Program-made: the position numbers and the translations under genes
Assembly: GCA_963705505.1 (NCBI GenBank)
Contig: CAVPJU010000004.1
Location: forward strand, 1-16,286
Source of the DNA: an uncultured bacterium
GTDB taxonomy: Bacteria; Desulfobacterota_D; UBA1144; Nemesobacterales; UBA2774
Direction of reading: 5' to 3'
DNA length: 16,286 nt
Shown: positions 14,634-16,286 of the stretch, one piece after another
How positions within the stretch are numbered: position 1 is the first letter of the stretch
Layout: the number at the start of each line of letters is the position of its first letter
The notes under the pieces: model-generated
Told to the model about the DNA's origin: nothing
Seen by the model: only the letters and a program-made list of their open reading frames with translations
The model's database searches: none

Positions 14634-15995
14634 ATGAGGCACCACCTAGGATATTTTTCTGAATTGCTCGTTGTTTTTCTGTTAACATTTGTTTTAATTT
14701 CTTGTGATGGGATGGATGGGGGAGATGATGGAGGTGGAGAACCGCCTCCTGACACATCTATTGATGAGTTTGTTATAGCAAAACTCACTGGTACAGAAAA
14801 TATTAATAATTCAATCTCCATTATGGTTATGACTAAGGATGCTTCGGAAGCTGTTGGAGTTCTTGCTGAAAAAGACACTTTTGGTAATCCAACTTCTATA
14901 ACAGGAGCATTTTATATTTCAGAGTTAAATGATGCAATTGTACTTAAAGCCAGACCAGATGGGCTTCCAGAATTAATAATTGATTCTTTAGGAAACAAAA
15001 TATTATTTGATAACTATACAGAATCTACTGTTGAAGCTTCGGTGTTTGATGCTAATGGAATCTTAATCGCAGGTCCAATTATTGTAGATGTAAGCCCTTC
15101 TGATCTGATACAAATAAAGGAAATATATAGTTCAATTTCCTCAGGCATCAATTCTACTATTGACAACGGAGTCCAAAATATAAGGATTTTTAATATAAAT
15201 ATATTTGACAAAGAGAGTCTCAAGTGGGCAAGCCTTGGAGTTGCTTTAGCTTCATGTATTGGTGCTTCTATTCTAACAGGTGGTTTTGCAACACTACCTT
15301 GTCTTTCGTTCGGTATCAGTGTCATCATTAACCTTACACCAGATCAATTTGATGATATGATAAATACTAATATAGGTTTTGCTTTATGTGCAAAAGCCGT
15401 CATTGACTTTAGCAGTCCAAACCCTGATGTAACTGATCTAATTGTTTGTTCGGATACAATTATAGATTTTGTGTTATCGAATACTCCAACGCCTACTCCT
15501 CCACCTCCGATACCTACACCCCCACCTCCGACATCTCCTCCAACGCCTACTCCTCCACCTCCGATACCTACACCCCCACCTCCGACATCTCCTCCAACGC
15601 CTACTCCTCCACCTCCGATACCTACACCCCCACCTCCGACATCTCCTCCAACGCCTACTCCTCCACCTCCGACACCTACACCCCCACCTCCGACATCTCC
15701 TCCAACGCCTACTCCTAAAGAATTCTTCTGCGAACCGTTGAGTTTTGTTGCAGCACCAGGGGTTTCGCGAACATACAATGTTAGGCCTTTTGATGAAACA
15801 GCAAACTATTCGTGGTCAATTATTCCACCTGATGATTGTTTCGGTGAGGTGAAATTTGGAGTGGCGGGTACATTCACCGTTTTTTGCAGAACTGTAGGGG
15901 ATCGTGAGATAAAAGTGGATGACGACGACCCTGCTACATCCCCTGGTAATACATGTACTCTAAGCGTGAAAGAGCCAGTTGGAGGAGAATTTTAA
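14634..15995 (+). CDS. Large lipoprotein with Pro/Thr-rich tandem linker and C-terminal Cys-containing beta domain
   Basis: GAGG SD, lipobox LISC, 453 aa, AT-rich N-terminal coding region. Confidence 0.85.
   Translation: MRHHLGYFSELLVVFLLTFVLISCDGMDGGDDGGGEPPPDTSIDEFVIAKLTGTENINNSISIMVMTKDASEAVGVLAEKDTFGNPTSITGAFYISELNDAIVLKARPDGLPELIIDSLGNKILFDNYTESTVEASVFDANGILIAGPIIVDVSPSDLIQIKEIYSSISSGINSTIDNGVQNIRIFNINIFDKESLKWASLGVALASCIGASILTGGFATLPCLSFGISVIINLTPDQFDDMINTNIGFALCAKAVIDFSSPNPDVTDLIVCSDTIIDFVLSNTPTPTPPPPIPTPPPPTSPPTPTPPPPIPTPPPPTSPPTPTPPPPIPTPPPPTSPPTPTPPPPTPTPPPPTSPPTPTPKEFFCEPLSFVAAPGVSRTYNVRPFDETANYSWSIIPPDDCFGEVKFGVAGTFTVFCRTVGDREIKVDDDDPATSPGNTCTLSVKEPVGGEF
15484..15716 (+). repeat. 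54-bp in-frame tandem repeat x4.3 (PTPTPPPPIPTPPPPTSP)
   Basis: Units start at 15484, 15538, 15592, 15646 and 15700, with one substitution in unit 4. Confidence 0.97.
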
Positions 15996-16158
15996 ACGCG
16001 ATTAATAAAGTGCGTTCGCTCGAATAGTATGAATTGGACACAGACATATTCTGGCTTTTCAAAACAACGGAAAGGCTTTCTGGAGACCTTCCCCTATGCT
16101 TTATACCACAGCAAGTGAGAGTTCCTGGTTCACTTGAACCTCACCTATTAGGGAAAGG

Positions 16159-16286
16159 TTATTCCTTCTTAAACGCATACTCCCTCGGATTCTCCAGTAC
16201 CTGTATCCTGAATTCCGAGTAGAATTTTTCGCGTCCCAGTCTTTGAGCTTCCATGTGCTCGGGGTGTTTTCTCCATGCCTCGTGTG
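16159..16286 (-). CDS. Antibiotic biosynthesis monooxygenase (ABM) family protein, C-terminal part (truncated by window edge)
   Basis: Manual translation, absent from the ORF track: HEAWRKHPEHMEAQRLGREKFYSEFRIQVLENPREYAFKKE*. Confidence 0.85.
   Translation of the reverse strand, partial: HEAWRKHPEHMEAQRLGREKFYSEFRIQVLENPREYAFKKE

Noticed and set aside
15484..15716. Possible CRISPR array
   Set aside because: Contiguous 54-bp units with no unique spacers, in frame within a CDS, and no cas genes.
16034..16222. 62-aa plus-strand ORF
   Set aside because: Partly antisense to the ABM monooxygenase end and has no recognisable features.

Overview
A 16.3 kb bacterial chromosomal accessory region from a diderm organism (lipoproteins, periplasmic sensors). 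It carries two minus-strand tRNA genes (Arg-ACG, Ser-GCT) and about 20 small CDSs. These include a sigma54-driven Cys4 membrane protein, an SGNH hydrolase, a heme-oxygenase-like diiron protein, SWIM and SRPBCC proteins, an ECF sigma/anti-sigma module with two periplasmic metal-sensor-like paralogs and an ICMT-family methyltransferase, GST, GNAT, cupin, three lipoproteins and a partial ABM monooxygenase. The most unusual locus is a two-gene operon (5776-6493, minus): a stand-alone ribbon-helix-helix protein on an apparently leaderless mRNA, with a perfect 20-bp operator in its promoter, followed by a single-chain HicA-HicB toxin-antitoxin fusion and a structured 3' region. Intergenic DNA holds many small palindromic repeats: a ~75-185 nt module found four times (twice directly after tRNA 3' ends), a 35-nt covarying hairpin that sits inside other repeats and at a tRNA-promoter duplication junction, and a ~240 nt pseudoknotted RNA-like element. 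Three genes carry +1 frameshifts in a similar sequence context, most likely sequencing errors. All family calls come from motif recognition; no database search was run.
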